Source: an archaeon
GTDB lineage: Archaea; Iainarchaeota; Iainarchaeia; Iainarchaeales; CSSED10-239
Direction of reading: 5' to 3'
Assembly: GCA_041657425.1 (NCBI GenBank)
Contig: JBBABY010000002.1
Location: forward strand, 90,001-122,000
Length of the DNA: 32,000 bases
The notes beneath the pieces are model-generated. The model did no database searches. It saw nothing but the letters and a program-made list of their open reading frames with translations, and was not told the DNA's origin. This document shows positions 31,929-32,000 of the stretch, piece by piece (positions within the stretch are counted from its first letter, which is position 1; each line of letters starts with the position of its first letter). Both the position numbers and the translations under genes were made by a program.

Positions 31929-32000
31929 TCAGTTGTAAATTACAACTGTTCCGTTTCTTATTGTGTTGAAGATGTAACTTGATTGTACGTCTCCGTATGA
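31929..32000 (-). CDS. 3' end of a third minus-strand gene, probably another LivK-like binding-protein paralogue (N-terminus off the window)
   Basis: The minus-strand frame is open to the window edge and ends ...SYGDVQSSYIFNTIRNGTVVIYN*. This resembles the C-termini of the other two binding proteins (..IENGNIKYINN*, ..IENGEAVSLKIS*). The position relative to the preceding TrmB gene is the same, with a similar hairpin (cagttgta-aat-tacaactg, 31930-31948). Confidence 0.35.
   Translation of the reverse strand, partial: SYGDVQSSYIFNTIRNGTVVIYN

Noticed and set aside
1-32000. CRISPR arrays, rRNA genes, IS elements/transposases, integrases
   Set aside because: I looked for regularly spaced direct repeats, long GC-rich structured RNA regions, and DDE/tyrosine-recombinase-like ORFs on both strands. 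I found none. The only non-trivial repeats are those listed as features.

Overview
This is a strongly AT-rich, gene-dense chromosomal segment that reads as archaeal, most plausibly from a small-genome DPANN-like lineage. Supporting markers are an NMD3 homologue, a KH-less beta-CASP/aCPSF-type RNase, a FlaI-like ATPase next to an A24 (FlaK/PibD-type) prepilin peptidase, TrmB-family regulators, a tRNA without encoded CCA, and TATA boxes exactly 22 nt upstream of several ATGs (leaderless mRNAs), mixed with GGAG-type ribosome-binding sites.

Content from left to right:
- A minus-strand pilus/archaellum-like assembly cluster: a lone ATP-grasp domain, a PHP-like protein, an A24 peptidase, a FlaI-like protein with destroyed ATPase motifs, and a FlaJ-like membrane protein running off the left edge.
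- A beta-CASP RNase and NMD3.
- trkH-trkA, translationally coupled by an ATGA overlap.
- A small membrane protein, an orphan tRNA 3'-half-like fragment, and tRNA-Arg(CCU).
- adk, followed by a 522-aa coiled-coil protein.
- Two secreted, C-terminally anchored surface proteins.
- smc, a NYN-domain protein, a Nudix hydrolase, an NPPF methyltransferase and serS.
- A hypothetical protein, a SlyD-like FKBP with a Cys/acidic tail, and a PLDc_N-type mini membrane protein.
- A RelA/SpoT-domain gene.
- A LivK/LivH/LivM-type ABC importer with no ATPase genes.
- Tandem divergent [LivK-like binding protein <-> TrmB regulator] modules, with a third binding-protein gene starting at the right edge.

The most interesting signal is the RelA/SpoT-domain (small alarmone synthetase / toxSAS-like) gene. 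It sits in a 1.3-kb single-gene cassette bracketed by an exact 32-bp direct repeat that duplicates the 3' coding end of livM. This looks like an integration footprint, but no recombinase is present. The cassette also carries a duplicated GC-rich AAATTGCGCG-type motif array in its promoter region.

Other notable points are the catalytically degenerate FlaI homologue, a decayed tRNA-Arg 3'-end copy about 290 bp from the intact tRNA, and a conserved palindromic operator in the duplicated TrmB/binding-protein intergenic regions.

No CRISPR array, rRNA gene or recognisable transposase/integrase was seen.
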